The notes under the pieces were generated by a model, which saw only the letters and a list, made by a program, of their open reading frames with translations, had not been told where the DNA came from and made no database searches. This document shows positions 61,760 to 62,352 of a DNA stretch of 62,352 nt, piece after piece. The translations under genes and the position numbers were made by a program. The DNA is taken from IMG/VR virus record IMGVR_UViG_3300020021_000009, positions 1 to 62,352 of that record. The stretch is one strand, 5' to 3'. The stretch's first letter is position 1; each line of letters begins with the position of its first letter. The stretch is from a virus. Its lineage: Duplodnaviria; Caudoviricetes.

Positions 61760-62352
61760 GTGACCACCATCGACCTGACCGCCCTCACCCTGAAGCCCGG
61801 CAACCACCACGACCGCGCCGAAGGCGTCTGCATGCTGGAGGCCGTCGCCTGGTTCGCCGGCGAGGACCACTCCGACCACCCGGCCTGCACGTCCCCCACG
61901 CTGGCCGGCTACGGGCGCCGCCTGAACGACGTGCTGCCGGACGACTCGCGGCAGTTGCTGGTGCCGATGGTGCCGCGCATGGTCGGCACGGCCGGTGACG
62001 GCCTGGACGAGGCGCGCGGGTATCTGGCGCTGGACTGGCTGGTGCGCACGTACACCCCGGCGTGGCTGGATCTGGCTGGGCTGACGGAGCGTGCGGCCGA
62101 GCTGCGGGCGCTCCGCAGGATCGTGGACCTGTCGGCCGCGCAGGCTGCCGGCCCGGTGGCGCTGGCGTCGCGGAAGGACGCGGCCGCCGCTCGGGACGCC
62201 GCTTGGGACGCCGCTGGGGACGCCGCTCGGGCCGCCGCTGGGGACGCCGCTCGGGCCGCCGCTGGGGACGCCGCTTGGGCCGCCGCTGGGGCCGCCGCTG
62301 GGGACGCCGCTGGGGACGCCGCTTGGGACGCCGCTCGGGCCGAGCGGCGTCC
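61760..62352 (+). CDS. 5' part of (D/A)AA(W/R/G) tetrapeptide-repeat protein
   Basis: GAAGGA RBS; GVCMLEAVAWFAGEDHSDHPAC N-terminal domain; open to the window end. Confidence 0.8.
   Translation, partial: MTTIDLTALTLKPGNHHDRAEGVCMLEAVAWFAGEDHSDHPACTSPTLAGYGRRLNDVLPDDSRQLLVPMVPRMVGTAGDGLDEARGYLALDWLVRTYTPAWLDLAGLTERAAELRALRRIVDLSAAQAAGPVALASRKDAAAARDAAWDAAGDAARAAAGDAARAAAGDAAWAAAGAAAGDAAGDAAWDAARAERR
62183..62340 (+). repeat. 12-bp tandem repeat G(A/C)CGCCGCT(T/G/C)GG
   Basis: About 13 consecutive units. Confidence 0.95.

Noticed and set aside
62326-62352. Terminal fold-back GGACGCCGCTCG-GGC-CGAGCGGCGTCC as a hairpin telomere
   Set aside because: It is an inverted copy of the last repeat unit at the contig edge inside an ORF, and no protelomerase was seen; most likely an assembly or read artefact

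Overview
The window looks like an essentially complete, circularly permuted ~62 kb genome of a high-GC actinobacterial (probably Streptomycetaceae) siphovirus. The two ends appear to join inside a 12-bp tandem-repeat gene. A minus-strand virion operon (~6.6-35.8 kb) runs from terminases through portal, a MuF/protease fusion, two capsid proteins, tail genes and tape measure. A replication block follows, with RuvC-like resolvase, PolA, primase-helicase and a probable internal ori. A plus-strand early/accessory arm carries a C5-methyltransferase, SF2 helicase, exonuclease and WhiB. I found no integrase, ParAB or CI-type repressor. Most notable: (1) a Streptomyces-type conjugation module (Spd-like, TraA-like, TraB) followed by six 8-bp direct repeats resembling a clt site, suggesting a conjugative phage-plasmid; (2) a ~1.65 kb zone saturated with GGACA around a membrane-anchored putative DNA-binding protein; (3) a 14-bp AT-rich quasi-palindrome at about 12 promoter-like positions, including before the tra genes; (4) a terminase intein with an HNH endonuclease overprinted in another frame; (5) a sugar-modification pathway with four glycosyltransferases; (6) several non-canonical tRNA-like RNAs. 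All calls are by-eye motif recognition; no database searches were run.
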